A DNA stretch of 64,000 bases, taken from assembly GCF_009914755.1 (NCBI RefSeq), contig NC_060938.1. The stretch is one strand, 5' to 3'. The position numbers and the translations under genes are program-made. The stretch is from the human T2T-CHM13v2.0 reference genome, Homo sapiens. This document shows positions 9,413-25,110 of this stretch, piece by piece (position 1 is the stretch's first letter; each line of letters starts with the position of its first letter). The notes under the pieces are model-generated. The model did no database searches and was not told where the DNA came from. It saw only the letters and a list, made by a program, of their open reading frames with translations.

Positions 9413-10560
9413 ACATGTCATTTTTAAATAACATTCATTTAATTAGCATGACAACCAAAAGACATCAAAAGCAACATAGAAGGTTACATGGAAGTGAAAA
9501 CTGAAAACCCTCAGTTTTCCCAAGTAATTAAAAAAAAATAAAGGCAACACATGGATTATCTTGATAAAACCTAAAATATTTATTACAGGCCAGTCATTTA
9601 AAGGGTAAAAGCTCCTGTGGCATAATTGTGTCTTCTTATGGGAAGCTAATTTAAATCACTTGGAAGTCAAACCAATGACAAGGAGACTTGAATTTAATTA
9701 GACATAGAAAGAGTGTGTCCAGGGTCATGAGTGAGCATAATATTACAGAGGAATGTAAACAGGAAAACCAGAGCATAGAGCAGTGGGGATCCATAGCTCA
9801 CAATGATAGCATGGAAGTTTCCTGGTTACATGAAGTAATTAAGACATATTTAAAAGCCAAGAGTACAAAATTAGACCTGATGAAAAAGCTGAAGTAGTTA
9901 TCATCCCAGCCAAGCAGGAAACCCAAGCCTTTTATTCCTTCTCAAGAAGAAACAGAAGAAAATTGTGTGATCTGTGAGTCATGTGTAACATGAAAGTACA
10001 GGAAACGTTGAACTTCTGATATACAAATCTGAAAAGATTTTATAGTAACAGATATCAGGATTAAAAGTCAATATTTATTACCTCTTATTATGAGCAAATA
10101 AATACATTAAGAAAACCTTGTTGTTTTAACCAAATTTTTTTGCTTTTTATCACTATGTTTTTAATATTACAGCTAATTTAAATAAACTTTATAAACAATC
10201 TATCTGATCTCAATCAGTTTTGACCTCGAGGTAAGATTTACATAAACTTTTAATAACCTTGTATAATTTTTTCCATCTTTCCCAACTTTTTATACATATT
10301 TAGTTTTATCTATCTTTTTTATTCCTTCAATTTAAAATAATCCTTAAAAATCTCTAAGCGAATTTACTTTCTCTGAAAGAAAAACCCGTATACATTTTGC
10401 ATACAGAATTGTTTCTCTTGTATCTAGTAGTCTTAATCACATATATCTACCAAGATATTAACACTTAGTAACCCTTATTTTAATAAAAAACTTAGGAAGA
10501 AAGAAATCTTGAATTGTCATATAGCAGTATCTTACATATGAGAATGATTTCATAATTTAG

Positions 10561-10881
<321 letters not shown>

Positions 10882-10960
10882 TAAGTTTTAAATTGGAAAT
10901 AACCCAGATATTTAATGAGTATCTATTATTTAATTTAACATAACTAAAATTTCAAAAATA

Positions 10961-11232
10961 GGCTGGGCATGGTGGCTCACACCTGTAATCCCAACACTTT
11001 AGGAGGCCAAGGCAGGAGTATCGTGAGACTAGCCTGAGCAAAATAGCGAGATGCTGACTCTACAGAAAAAATAAAAGTTAGCTGACCATGGTGTTGCATG
11101 CCTGTAATTAACAGCTTCTTGGGAGGTTGAGGTGGGAGGATCCCTTGAGTGCAGGAGGTCAAGGTTGCAGTGAGCTGTGATCATGCCACTGCACTTCAGC
11201 CTGGGTGACAGGCAGAGACACTGGCGCAAAAA
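10961..11232 (+). mobile_element. AluJ-like with internal deletion
   Basis: ggctgggcatggtggctcac...ggaggtcaaggttgcagtgagc. Confidence 0.88.
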
Positions 11233-11712
11233 CATTTCAAAAATACATTAAAATGTCTTGTATAGACACTTATCCATTTACATTTACTTATTTTTGACAG
11301 TTTATCTAGAGTATTTGTGAGAACTGAGGTATTAGACAAAGCTAGTCATCATTTCTAGGTTATTTTCTTTTTAACCATGTTATAGCCTGTGAATATCAGG
11401 TGTTCACATAAGTGAGGATTTCAAAGTTAAATACTAGGGTATTTTACCAATAACTCAGAAAATTACATTATTTTTGTTCAACAAACCGTATTAAATTGGT
11501 CTTATGTATTTAAAAAATCACATAAACAAATATTCTTTTTTTCACTGTGTTTTAGCTTTATAACCTTCATGCCAAACCCTAGCACCTTAAAATATCTAGC
11601 AAATGTAAATATAAAACACAGTCAAAAATGTATGCTGACAATTCTGAAGACATTTCTATTTTTATTTTATCAATACTTTTTAAATTATTTGTATTTATAA
11701 AAGAACTCTTTT

Positions 11713-12454
<742 letters not shown>

Positions 12455-13179
12455 TGTGGCTAGAATGGTCCATAATATATAACCAGCTCGAGTCCCAGAA
12501 AACCTAGCAAGCTTAAGGTTAGAGCTTCTCATTTTGGCCTTTTCAAGATTAAATCTCCTTTAGTAAGCCCTTCCCCTCTAGGGAGGTACTTGCCAGAGCT
12601 CTGTCTGAAGTTGGTTTTCTGATGCCCTGTTGTTTCTGTTCTGAATCGTTTATTTCTCATTATAAGAGCTCAGCAAAGCAGGCAGAGTTAAAAAGCAGAG
12701 ACATGAAGGCTTTAAAATCATGGACTTCACTCGTACACTGAATCTCAGGTCCCCAGAAAGACAGAAACACCATGGGACCACAGCAAAGGCAGAAGGAGGA
12801 GTGAGAGAGGGAGGTGGACAGAACAACAAACAGGAATTGGCTCTCAATTTTTCACGTGTGCCATTTTCTTTAGTTTTTTCTAGTTTATGAAGTCTCTTTG
12901 TTCCAGTTGAGCACACAGATAAACTAGAAATCTCACAAGGCTTTTGCTGAGAACATCAAAGCCTTTAACCTCTGTTGGGCCAAATATTTAGACCAAAAAT
13001 ACAGATAGACACACAAAAGCCAGAACCAGACCAGAATGAGTAGCTCAGTAGCTATAGCCTTTATTCCCTTTATTCTTTAGGGTTCGAACTCAAACCAGAT
13101 TCAGGATTCTAACCAAACCAGGACCCCCCTGGGGTGAAACTGAAACCCCACAGTCTAGACAAGGTTGGGGGTCTTTTTA

Positions 13180-13475
<296 letters not shown>

Positions 13476-13597
13476 GCTTGTTCTTTTCATTTCATCCTGA
13501 TCTCCGAATACAGGAGAGTAGCTGATTTGGTGTTCACTAACAAGCACAGAAGCTTTGTTATATTTACAGTGTCATTCTTGGCAAAACCTGAAGTTTT

Positions 13598-13810
13598 GCC
13601 TCCCGGGTTCATGCCATTCTCCTGCCTCAGCCTCCTGAGTAGCTGGGACTATAGGCGCCCGCCACCTCACCCAGCTAATTTTTTGTATTTTTAGTAGAGA
13701 TGGGGTTTCACCGTGTTAGCCAGGATGGTCTCGATCTCCTGACCTTGTGAACTGCCCACCTCAGCCTCCCAGAGTGCTGGGATTACAGGCGTGAGCCACC
13801 GCGCCCAGCC
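13598..13810 (-). mobile_element. AluY, 3' end (tail) missing
   Basis: gttcatgccattctcc and gttagccaggatggtctcgatctcc AluY diagnostics; stops abruptly at 13598. Confidence 0.9.
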
Positions 13811-16800
13811 AGAAGCTCTAATTTCAATGATGATTGTGCTTTTTCTCTTCCTCAGCATCTGATTCATGATAAAATTTCAGGTGTCTTGATGGTATCTAAA
13901 TCAGTTGTTGATTCGGTCCTGGAGGAACACAAGCATAATCTCTATGCCAAGTTATAATTTTACCTATTTCCCAACTTTTTGTTATTGGATCTCTCCACCA
14001 AACCAGTTGTTCTGCTTCTGTCTTTGCAGCTGGTTTCTGTAGATGCTGTTCAGCTGCTGGTAACATCTGGCCTTTGGGCAGGCTCAAAAATTTGAAAGTT
14101 AATAATGTTAGATTCAATTGTGTATGGGCTATCCCATAATCCCTGTTTCTCCCCCTTTTTTTTGTTTTTATTATCAGTTGTTCATCTGTATGCAATCGTA
14201 ACTGAGCATTTTCAATTCACTGTGTGGAATGAATTATGTATGAAGAATCAGAAATCACATTAACAGGCATATCAAAAGCAGTCAATACCTCAATTACATC
14301 TACAAGCTCCGCTTTTTGAGCTGAAGTATACGGTGTCTGGAAAACTTTACCTTTTGATCCAGAATAAGAAGCTTTACCATTACTAGACCCATCTGTGAAA
14401 CAACGAAAACGCTTAGCAGGCTGCAGGTTGTTTACTGCAGGAATTGTAAATGCAAACCGTTCACAGTCTTGCTCAGCTAAAAGGGTAGTAAAGAAACAGT
14501 CTTTTAAATCTGTGACTATTAAAGGCCAATTTTTTGGAATTATAGTAGGAGAAGGCAATCCTGGCTGTTATGTTTCCATAGGTTGTATTTCTGAATTGAT
14601 GGCTCTTAAGTCAGTTAACATTCTCCGTTCACCTGATTTTTTCTTAATTATGAAAACTGGAGAATTCCAAGGGGAAAATGTTGGAGCTATGTGCCCATTT
14701 TCTAATTGTTCAGTAACTAATTTCTCTAAAGCATCCAGTTTCTCTTTGCTTAGCAGCCATTATTCTATCCAAATTGGCTTATCTGTTTACCATTTTAAAG
14801 GTGTAGGTGCTGGAGGCTTAACAGTGGCCACCATCAAAAATGGTATCCTAATCTTTGGCAGGAACTTTGTCTTTCCGTTTGAAGCAGTTCTTTCAAATCT
14901 TGCAATATTTTTCTACTCCTATACCAGGGACATGCCCCATTTCGTGCATCATATGTTGACTTTGAGGGCTGTATAATTGTTATGGAATTAGAACTTGTGC
15001 TCCCCATCGTCATAATAAATCTCTCCCTCATAAATTTATAGGTACAGAAATTGCAATTGGTTGAACAGTTCCAGGTTGTCCATCGGGCCCTTCACAATGC
15101 AAAATATAGCTACTTTGATACACTTCTGGAGCTTTAGCAGTTTCCACTGTGTTAAATTGAGTGGGCTGAATTGGCCACATGGACAGCCAGTGCTGTAGAG
15201 AAATGATTGAAATGTCCACTCCTACTAAAAAAAAAAAATAGTATCTACCAAACCTTTAAAGTTCTTTCCCTGGATAGTTATTTCACAGATAGGAGGTTTA
15301 TCAGTAATTTGATTTACCCAGTAAGCTGCCTTGCCTTTTTTATTTGTGCTTCCAAATCCTCCAGTTCATTTAATTTCACTTTTTCCCATTCTCACATACG
15401 GCACACTCAGGAGCTGTGCTATGCTCATTCCTGGCTGTTCTTTCCAGGGAACAGAAGTAGATATCACAATTTGAATTTCTTCATTGTAATCTGGATCAAT
15501 GACTCCAGTGTGTATTTGTACCCCTTTTAAACTTAAACTAGACCTTCCTAAAAGTAATCCCATTGTCCCTCCTGGCAACGGTCCACAGACTCCTGTTGGG
15601 ACCTTTTGCGGGGGTTCCCCAGGCAGAAGGCTCACAGCTTTTGTGCAGCATAAATCTACTGCGGCACTATGGGCTATGGTGGGGGACAGATAATGTATGG
15701 GGGTGAGGGAGTGGCCTGAGCTGGAAATGCCCTTGTTTAGAACAGGGCCTGGGATGGGCCCATCAGGGAGTTTCCCAAAATCGGGTTCCCTTCTTTATCA
15801 AACTTAGAGTGACACTGATTAGCCCAAAGTTTTCCTTTTTTACATTTTAGACATATTTCAGGATCAGCAGTTTTCTTTTTTCACCTATCTGGTGGCCTGA
15901 CTTGCTGATTTTTTTTTTACATTCTTTTTAGTATGACCATGCTTCCCACAGTTAAAACAAGCTCCAGGAAATAGAGTATTTCCTTTATCCACTCTCAGTC
16001 CTGCCATCGCCTGTGCCAACAAAGTAGCTTTATGTAGATTATCTCTGATATCATCACAGGCCTTGTTATAATCAACTAAATGTGCTTTCCCTCTGATAGG
16101 TCACAGAGCAGCCTCGCAATAGGGATTAGCATTGTCGAAACTAATAACTGCAACACTATATCCTAAGCAGCCAAATCTGCAATCATCTTTTTAAGAGACT
16201 TCTGTAACCAAGCTATAAAATGCACATATGGTTCTCTTGGTCCCTGTTTTATAGCACTAAATGAAGGGTATTGTTCTCCATATGAAGTGATTTTTTCCAA
16301 GCTCTAATGCACACTCCTCTAAGCTGTTCTATGGCATCATCCTGCTTGACCACTTGTGCATGTAAACCAGCCCAGCCACCAACCCCCAAAAGTTGGTCTG
16401 CAGTTATATTAATTTGAGGTTGGGCCCAGGCATTGAGAGCAGCCTGAATGGAAGCTTCATCTGCCCACTAAATTTTAAATTGTAAGAACTGAGCAGGAGT
16501 TAGACAAGCTAGAGTAAGAGTGTCCCAGTCAGTAGGAATCATCCGACTGGAAACAGCAACATTCTTTAACAGTCCCATTTCAAAAGGAGAACCTGGTCCA
16601 TACTGATTTATAGCTTGTTTAATTTTTTTGAGTAATTTAAAAGGAAAAGGCTCAAATGTAGCTATAATATTTCCCTGTTGATCTGGGGGGTGTATTCAAA
16701 CAGGGAACTGCCAAGCCTCTAAATCCCACTTTTGTCTAGCTTGCTGAATTCCTGCCTGAATAGAACTAAGCAGTCGCTCAAGTCACCAGGGCAACTACTT

Positions 16801-17186
16801 TTCACCCAGTGTCCTCCAGAAAAGAAAGATCTGGAGGGTCGTTTTCTTCAAAATAATAATGAGGGGGTGCAGAAGGGTAGGGATGAACCTCTCCCTCCTT
16901 TTCTGCTTTAGCTTTAGGTGGCAAATAAACCTGGTCTGTAACCTCTACTGTTACTTTGTTATACTCTCCTTCCTCCTCATTATCAGTGTGAAAAAGTTCC
17001 AAGGTAGAACGAACCACAGCCCACACTTGTCCCATTGTTACCCTGATGCTTCTGAGCTCCCCTTCTGACTCACCACGGGGATTGCTTTAAGAGTACTCGG
17101 ATGTCCTCCAGCTAGTTCCACATTCTCCAATCGTTGCTCCAGCGATCCTTTGACCTGTATTCGAGCCCCCATGAATGGGCACCACT
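13811..17186 (-). mobile_element. HERV-K HML-3 (HERVK9) internal: PBS-Lys, defective gag, dUTPase-pro and deleted pol
   Basis: Gag N-terminus MGQVW...PSAPP at 17035; dUTPase GRSSL...GVIDPDY; [15 protein letters not shown]; RNase [16 protein letters not shown]; IN WWRDPITKSWE; degenerate PBS about 17167-17184. Confidence 0.9.
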
Positions 17187-17626
17187 TGCTGAGACCAGGT
17201 CGGTTGGGGAGACCCTAACCCAGCAGCACTAGAGGAATTAAAGACACACACACTGAAATATAGAGGTGTGAAGTGGGGGTCTCACAGCCTTCAGAGCTGA
17301 GAGCCCTGAACAGAGATTTACCCACGTATTTATTAAGAGCAAGCCAGTCATTAGCATTGTTTCTATAGATATTAGATTAACTAAAAGTATCCCTTATTCT
17401 TAAGGCACAGATCACTCATGCTATTGTTTGTGGCTTAAGAATGCCTTTAAGTGGTTTTCCACCCTGGACGGGCCAGGTGTTCCTTGTCCTCATTCCGGTA
17501 AACCCACAACCTTCCAGGGTGGGTGTTATGGCCATCAAGAACATGACACAGTGATGCAGAGATTTTGTTTATGGCCAGTTTTGGGGCCAGTTTATGGCCG
17601 GATTTGGGGGGGGCTTGTTCCCAACA
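17187..17626 (-). mobile_element. MER9 5' LTR of the HML-3 provirus
   Basis: Minus strand begins tgttgggaacaagcccccc...ctggccccaaaactggccataaacaaaatctctg and ends ...ggtctcagca. Confidence 0.9.
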
Positions 17627-19402
17627 GTTCCTCAGGGTAAGGGTGCCCTAACTCCTGTGGGGACCTTCTTTCGTGGCTCCTCAGGAAGTAAGGAGATGGG
17701 AATTGTGCTGTAGAGGTCTACAGCAGCACTGCTTGCTGAGGCGGGGGACAATTGCTGTACATTTGTAAGGGCAGTGGCTGTGCTGGGTATGCCTCAGTTT
17801 GTTGAGGGGCTTGAGGCAGGTCCCTCTTCCTATTTCCTCAAAGAGGTTGTTCATCTTTGCTAAATTTAGAATGACACGGACTTGCCTAGTGATTGCCTTT
17901 CTTACACCAGGGACATACACTGGGTCTTTTCTGTTGATTGATGGTAGTAGTTTTCGTCTTTTGAATTCCTTTCTACATTCCTTTCTTGTGTCCAATTTGC
18001 CCACAATTAAGGCAAGAGCCTGAGAAGTGAAACATATTTTTTCTTACTCTTAATCTAGCCATAGCCTGAGCTAAAAGAATAGCCTTATGTAAGTTACCTC
18101 CAATGCCATCGCAAGACTTAATATATTTAGTTAAATGAGCCTTCTCTCTCAGATATCTAATAGCAGTTTGACACTCTGCATTAGCATTATTGTATGCAAG
18201 AAGGTGAATTACAACATCCTGAGCTGTTTTGATCATTTACGGCTTTATACACAGCCTCTTGGAGCTGAGCAATAAAATTAATATATGGTTCTTTAGGTCC
18301 TTGTCAGACAGAACTGAAATAAGGATACTTTTCCCCGGTAACATTTATCATTTTCTATGCATGTAAGCACATGAAGCACAGCTGAACAATGACAACATCT
18401 TCCATTACTGCTTGATTCTCTAATCAACCCCAGTTAGGGCCAACTCATATTAACTGATCAAAGAAAACAGGCACAGGTGGCTGCAGGTGTGTGTTTTCTT
18501 TTGCCTGAGTTTGAGTTCACCAGCCTACCAAGTTTTAAACTGCAAGTACTGAGATGGAGTGAGAACAGGTTTTGTCAAAGTATCCTAATTATATGGTATT
18601 AATCTATTATCAAGAGCCATATTTTTAATAAAGATGGCACAAAAAGAGAGTTCAGTCCATATTGACTAATGGCTTGCTTAAATTCTTTAGTAACTTAAAA
18701 GAAAAAGCAGGCTAATTAGCTATATTCTGTCCTACTTGCTGGATTATAGTAACGGGAAATTGCCATGCTTCAAGGTCTCCCTTGGCTTTAGCTTTTTGAA
18801 TAGAATTTTGTCTAGCACCACCAATTGCTCCATGTTTTAATGTTGTAACTACAGGAGCAGTAAGTTTTTCAGCTAATTTATTTTCTCACCCATTTAGGGG
18901 AGAGAGAGGAGGTGGCCATTCACTTAATTCAGCAGGTGGAGCCAACGGGCTAGTAAAACATACTTTTTAAAGTTTTTCTTTCTTTTCTTTAATCTCCTCC
19001 GGTAGCTGCTCCTCACACTCAGAATTTGAAGTTAGTTTTTTACACTCATCCTCCTCTTCCTCATCTGAATCTGCCTCATCATCTGTTTGAAATGGCTCAA
19101 GGGCTGCCTTTATTAGTGCCCACACTGACCATATATAAACTGGAATTTCTGATCCATCTTTATATGCCTTTTAAAAATCTCTTCCAATTCTCTCCCATTG
19201 ATCCAACTTTATAGTCCTTTGCTCTGGAAACCATGGGCAAAACTGCTTTACTGTACTAAAGAGTGATAACACATTCTAAGTACTAAATTTCACTCCCCAT
19301 CTTTGTATGTCCTCGGGTGTCTTTTGATGATGTGTCCTCTGCTTTCATATGCTCTAGCCTTCCTTCACCGGGTCTTTGTCACTCCATGTTGGGCACCAGG
19401 AA
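17627..19402 (-). mobile_element. HERV-K HML-1 (HERVK14) internal: PBS-Lys plus defective gag
   Basis: Gag CA/NC peptide LAYNNANAECQ...CDGIGGNLHKA...CLNCGQIGH; PBS tggtgcccaacatggag at 19382-19398 (- strand). Confidence 0.75.
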
Positions 19403-19689
19403 TGTTGGGGTGATCAGACCCAACACTAGGTCATGGGGGTGATGAAGTCCGGCAGAGTCAAAGGAATGAGAAAAAGACAGTTTGAGAGAGAAAGTGGGAC
19501 CAGGAGACCATCACGAGTGTGGAGTCTGCAAAGTCCCCAAGCTCTGGGAGCCCACGCTATTTGTTGGTGCTCAAACAAAGAAACAGGTGGTGAGGATGTG
19601 GGGGTTAAAAGGAAATGGTGTATCAAGTGAATGAGAAACATATGGCCCTGCCTCAGCTTCTCTTCCAACACTCAGCTTTTCTCCCAACA
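19403..19689 (-). mobile_element. LTR14-type 5' LTR, internally deleted (about 290 bp)
   Basis: TG...CA termini; minus strand starts tgttgggagaaaagctgagtgttgg. Confidence 0.75.
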
Positions 19690-20472
19690 CATTCCCCTTA
19701 GGAACAGGAATAAAATAGGGATGCCTGTTCTCCCCACTCCTGTTTAACAAGTCCTAGCCAGAGCAAGCAGGCAAGAGAAAGCGATAAAAAGCATCCAAAT
19801 AGGAAACGAAGTCAAATTATCTCTCTTCACTGATGATGTGATTCTACACCTAGAAATCCCTAAAGACTGTGCCAAAAGGCTCCCAGAACTGATAAAAAAA
19901 ACTTCAGCAAACTTTCAGGATAAAAAAAATCAACATATAAAAAGAAGTAGGATTGCTGTTCACCAAAAATATTTAAACTGAAAGGTAAATCAAGAGTACA
20001 ATCCTGTTTACAACAGCAACCCCCAAAATAAAATAAAAGAATATTTCTAACCAAGGAGGTAAAGGATATCTAAAAGGAGACCTGCAAAACACTGCAGAAA
20101 GAAATCACAGATGTCGAAACAAATGGAAAACCATTCCATGCTCTTGGATTAGAAAGATCAATATTGTTAAAATGGCTATACTGCCAAAAGCAATCTACAC
20201 ATTCAACACTATTCCTATGAAACAACCAGTGTCGTTTTTCACAAAATTAGAAAAAAATATTCTAAATTTCGTATGGATTTTTAAAGAGCCCAGACAACCA
20301 AAGGAAATCTAAGCAAGAAGAACAACACTGGAGACATCACATTACTTGACTTCATACTATACCCTAAGGCCACAGTAGACAAAATAACATGGTACTGATA
20401 TGAAAACAGACACAAAGACCAATGAAATAGAATAGAGAACCCCAAAATAAACACATGCACCTACAGCCATCA
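19690..20472 (+). mobile_element. Old L1 (L1PB/MA) ORF2 fragment
   Basis: gaagtcaaattatctctcttcactgatgat; attccatgctcttggattagaaagatcaatattgttaaaatggc. Confidence 0.85.
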
Positions 20473-21055
20473 GCTTTCCCAGGATAACACAAAGAGAGCC
20501 AAGTGGCACCTGCACATTACACTGCAGAAGAAAAACCCAAGCTCAAGAAACCCCAACTTGTGTTATTGGAAGTTCACTTGGCTGTATGCTTCCCAAGAGG
20601 GAGAAATTATCTGCATTATACTAGACAGTAAATAAACTTTTCCTTTGTTCCAGAAGGAGGTACTGGTTTTCTATTCCAAGGCTGTTTTCTATACAAACAT
20701 GCTTGAAAACAATCATTTGGAACAATAAAGTCATTGTCCATCCTTGCAAAATGTGCAGAAATTAAAGACCCAAAAATTGTTTCTCTACCAATTTCTATTT
20801 TTTAAAAATCAAATTTTCCCCATATAATATGCTTTTAATATGTGATCATATTCTGAAATCGTCTTGGCATTTACCCCCATTTCTGAGTCCAGAAGGATAC
20901 AATAGATTTAATTTAATTTAGTAACACTTCAAATAGTAGTGATTGTAATAGCAGAGCTAGATTGTAGCATAAAGAAAAAATAATAATATTATTAGGTGAC
21001 ACTTACAAAAAATGCTAGTCACCATTTCTAAGTGTCATGGTAAGTACAGTGATTA

Positions 21056-21242
21056 TTTTCTTTCTTTCTGACTCTTTTTTACTTTATTTTTTATTTTTTT
21101 TCCATAGGTTATTGGGGTACGGTGGTATTTGGTTCCATGGGTAAGTTCTTTACTGGAGATTTGTGAGATTTGGGTGCACCCATCACCCGAGCAGTGTACA
21201 CTGCACCCTATTTGTAATCTTTTATCCCTCGCCTCCCTCCCT
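21056..21242 (-). mobile_element. L1PB 3' end
   Basis: Poly-T followed by ccataggttattggggtac...ggtgcacccatcacccgagcagtgtacactgcaccc. Confidence 0.85.
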
Positions 21243-21942
21243 ATTAAATAATAGACCAAAAATAATGGGTTTAGAATAAATGAGTTCAAATGAATTGTCA
21301 AACGTATGTGGGAAAAGTAGAATCAGTTTTTGAGAAAAAGCAAAAAACTCAACAGAAATGCTAATAAAGCATCATCCCTTCATGGCTAGAGCTGCCAGTA
21401 TCCCAGAACACCAATATCAGCTAGGGAAATTTTGTAGAAGTCCCAGATGTACTAAATGTTCTGTGAATACACAGAGATATAATTATAACTGTTACCTGCA
21501 TGTAGAGTAAAGATGAGAAGGCATTGGTCATGGTGGCAGCTACCTCAGGAGTTACAAAGCAGACGTGGTTCCAGGACAGTATATGTCAGGGCAAAGCTGT
21601 CCTCGGAGGCTATTAGGAGCTGGTTATGGCACAGACATTGTAAGTCAGATGGTCTCATTACTTTCAATGACAAAACCAAAATTACTTTTGCATCAGCCAA
21701 TACAACGGCCTGGCAAGAGCACAGAAAAACGCCCTGTGCTGATGCAGCACAATTCCTTCATTCCCTTCTCCAAAACCCCCTCTTCCAATTCCACTGAAGA
21801 GAGAATCTGATGGAAGTCCTGTGTAAGCAGGCTCAGATATATCTACCACTATAGATAGTAGAGGTGATTCACAAATGCAAGCCTATCAAATACATCATAA
21901 ATAAGTTACACGTTTAATTTTTTTTGAAATTAGGGATCATGA

Positions 21943-22442
21943 TATGAAAGTTATCAGAAACAAAACTGTCACTAATGTTTAAAAAGAGAAGAAAAAACCT
22001 GAACAAATAGATTCAGAGAAGGCCTTGAAGAGAGGGTTCTCATGCTTCTAGGCCTGATAAAAACTATTACAAAATACCACAAAAACCACAACCTTGCACA
22101 AAGGCCATAGCAACCTTACACAAAATACACTTCTGTGAGGACATCTATCCAGCAACCGCCTGCCCAAACTTCAACTGACATTGACCTTGTTGTTGATCTT
22201 TATATTCAAAGGTAACTATATCAAAACAATTATAGAAGCCTCTTCACTTTTCCCTTATTTATTTTTTTCTACTCCCCCATACTTCCAGGTTGATCATTTT
22301 TCTTTTAAAGACCTTGTCTTCCTTTACCATTTGAATCTATATAGTTTGCTTTGTCATGCATATTCCCATTGCAGTGCCCTCCTCCCTAAGATGTGTCTTT
22401 TTCCTTTAGAGAGCCTTTCTCTGTTTGTTATTTAGGTTTACA
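21943..22442 (+). mobile_element. MER4-group solo LTR (MER65-like)
   Basis: tgaaagttatcaga...gaaggccttgaagagagggttctca...ctctgtttgttatttaggtttaca. Confidence 0.55.
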
Positions 22443-24788
22443 ATGAGAAGGCGTGTAAAGTATTTTTACTGTCTTCCTAGGAAAAAATCACTGACTTACA
22501 GTATTTATATTTATTTATTTACATTCCTGGGGATGAGGAGTTAAAGATTTCATATATTTTCTTATTGGGAAGATCCAAGTTTTCATGTGAGCAAAACTGA
22601 ATATGTAAATTGATATGTAAATTATGCTGCAGATAATATGGTCAAATGTTTACTTGTATTTAATTTGTTACACATGAATATTGCATATGTAAGATAATAT
22701 ACTAAGAAATTATCACATTTAATGAAATGCTTTAATCAAATTCCTGATTGAATTTTTGATATCAATATCTTTTTCATTGTTTAATCCATCTTTAGGGTGA
22801 ACAGGGCTTTATAGGCCAAAGTTATCACTTCTGTCTAAATTGTCTGAGTTACAGAACTTTTTGAATTTATTATGTTGTCACAGGAAGTTTCTTATTGCTG
22901 TTTAAAGGAGTGTCTCTCAATATGAGGCAGAATGCAAATGCACTGAAGGGCATATACCTTGAGATTCTGTTACTGAAGCCAAAGGTTGCCAATTTCTTGT
23001 AGATCCTGCTAGAGTTAAACTTCATTTAAGTAATCATTAAAAGCTGCATTTATTCCCTCACTTGAAATTTTGATTTCACACTATTAGGACTAATCCTCTA
23101 AGTCTTTGCTAAGTTATGTTCCTCTTTTTCTTGTAGCTTGACTTTGATGATCTCTATATGCAACTTCAATTGACATAAATAAAAGTACATTCAGGGCAAG
23201 AGAGTTTACTTAAATATTATTTTGTTATTCAAAATAATCACAAAAGCACTCATCGTAGGAAAACTTGTGAGGACTCAAATATAGGGAAATACTTTTTCTT
23301 TCTAAGGCATAATTCTGTAAAAAAATTCACCTTAATTTGAATATACATGGGAAAATATCCTTGTTCAATAATAGTCTATATTCACTCTGTTTTCTTCCCT
23401 CATAGACCAGCCGGTTCACTATTATTCTCCAAATGATGTGTGCCTCTCTAGAGTCCAGGTTATCTGCATATCTAATTTTTCCCACAAATTACTGTTTTGA
23501 ATTGCACTGAATTCAATTTAAGGGGATGTCATTTATAAACAGTGCAAATATATACTGCACGAGGGATCTTAAAAATCATACGTATGGTTTGATCCATAAG
23601 CTCATATGAGCGTGCAATGTCAATTTTTTTCATGTTTTTTTAAGTCCACTTAAATTTTATTTTAAGCCACCATCTGCCTGTGCTGTTAGGGCAGTTAGCC
23701 CTCAATCATTTTAAGATGCTCCCTTCTAAGTACTGTGATAGTGATAGAGATGTCACCAGTCAAGTGTCCTAGGAAGCCGACTCCGAGTTGGAGATTTGCA
23801 TGCAAGGAGGTTGAAATGATATTCCCAACACCTGTGGAAGAGTGAAAGCAATAGGATTGGGTGGAGCAGGAAGTCGGCTGGAATGCAATCACTATCATGG
23901 CCGCAGTGCACTCTACAGGGATCTTGGTGAGTTTACCTAATGACCTCAAATTGGAGCAAGCAAACAAGGCCATTATATTTCTGTACCAAGCAGTTCTCGG
24001 ATGTGGGATGCCTTGAGAAGGGACATGGATTTGGATGAAGGAACTTTACTGTGCTGTGAGTATTGTTGACAGGAGTCAGCTGTCAACACTCCCAGGAGAA
24101 GGGGAATTATGCTTTAGTCACTGAGGCGGCATCTAGTGTCAGACCACAGCCTTGTTAAGCAGAGCCAGAATTTGGAAGATGGATGGTGGGTTTAACATTT
24201 GGGGCTTGACATCTTGCCCCCACAAGCTGCTGCTGGCCTCTTCCTTGTCCATTTCTGTGTGGCTTGTTTAGGCCCCCCAGCTTCCTGCTTCTTCTTTACC
24301 ATATTTGGAATGCAAAAATCTACACGTAATTTGGCCCATGGTCCCTTCTGCTTAGACATATCCTTGTAGCTATTTTTTTTAAAAGATGACTATGCCTTCT
24401 AGAATATTTGAAGAAACTGCCGAAGTCACCACTGCTCACCAAGAGGCCTTCGTTTTTTCCTCTTCTTAACCATGGGAAAGGAATGTAGGAGTGTAGGGAG
24501 TGGATATTTTCTAACCTGGAAAAAACTCATTTTACCCTATATAATTTTTTTAGCAAATTCCTTCTTTGCCCTTACTCCACAATCTTTCCAAATTCTCCCA
24601 AATGCTCAAGCTTTTAAAAAACAAAAGACAGAAAAGATAGCAAGTTATTAGTTTTTCCAGCAAACCTTTTCTTTCTATTCGTTTACATCAGTGAGCTTAG
24701 AATAACTCTGCTTCTGGAACTGGGAAAGGGACTTGGGAAAAGAAAGAAAAAAAAAGCTCTCAAAGTTTAACATCACAAAACATTATAG

Positions 24789-25110
<322 letters not shown>

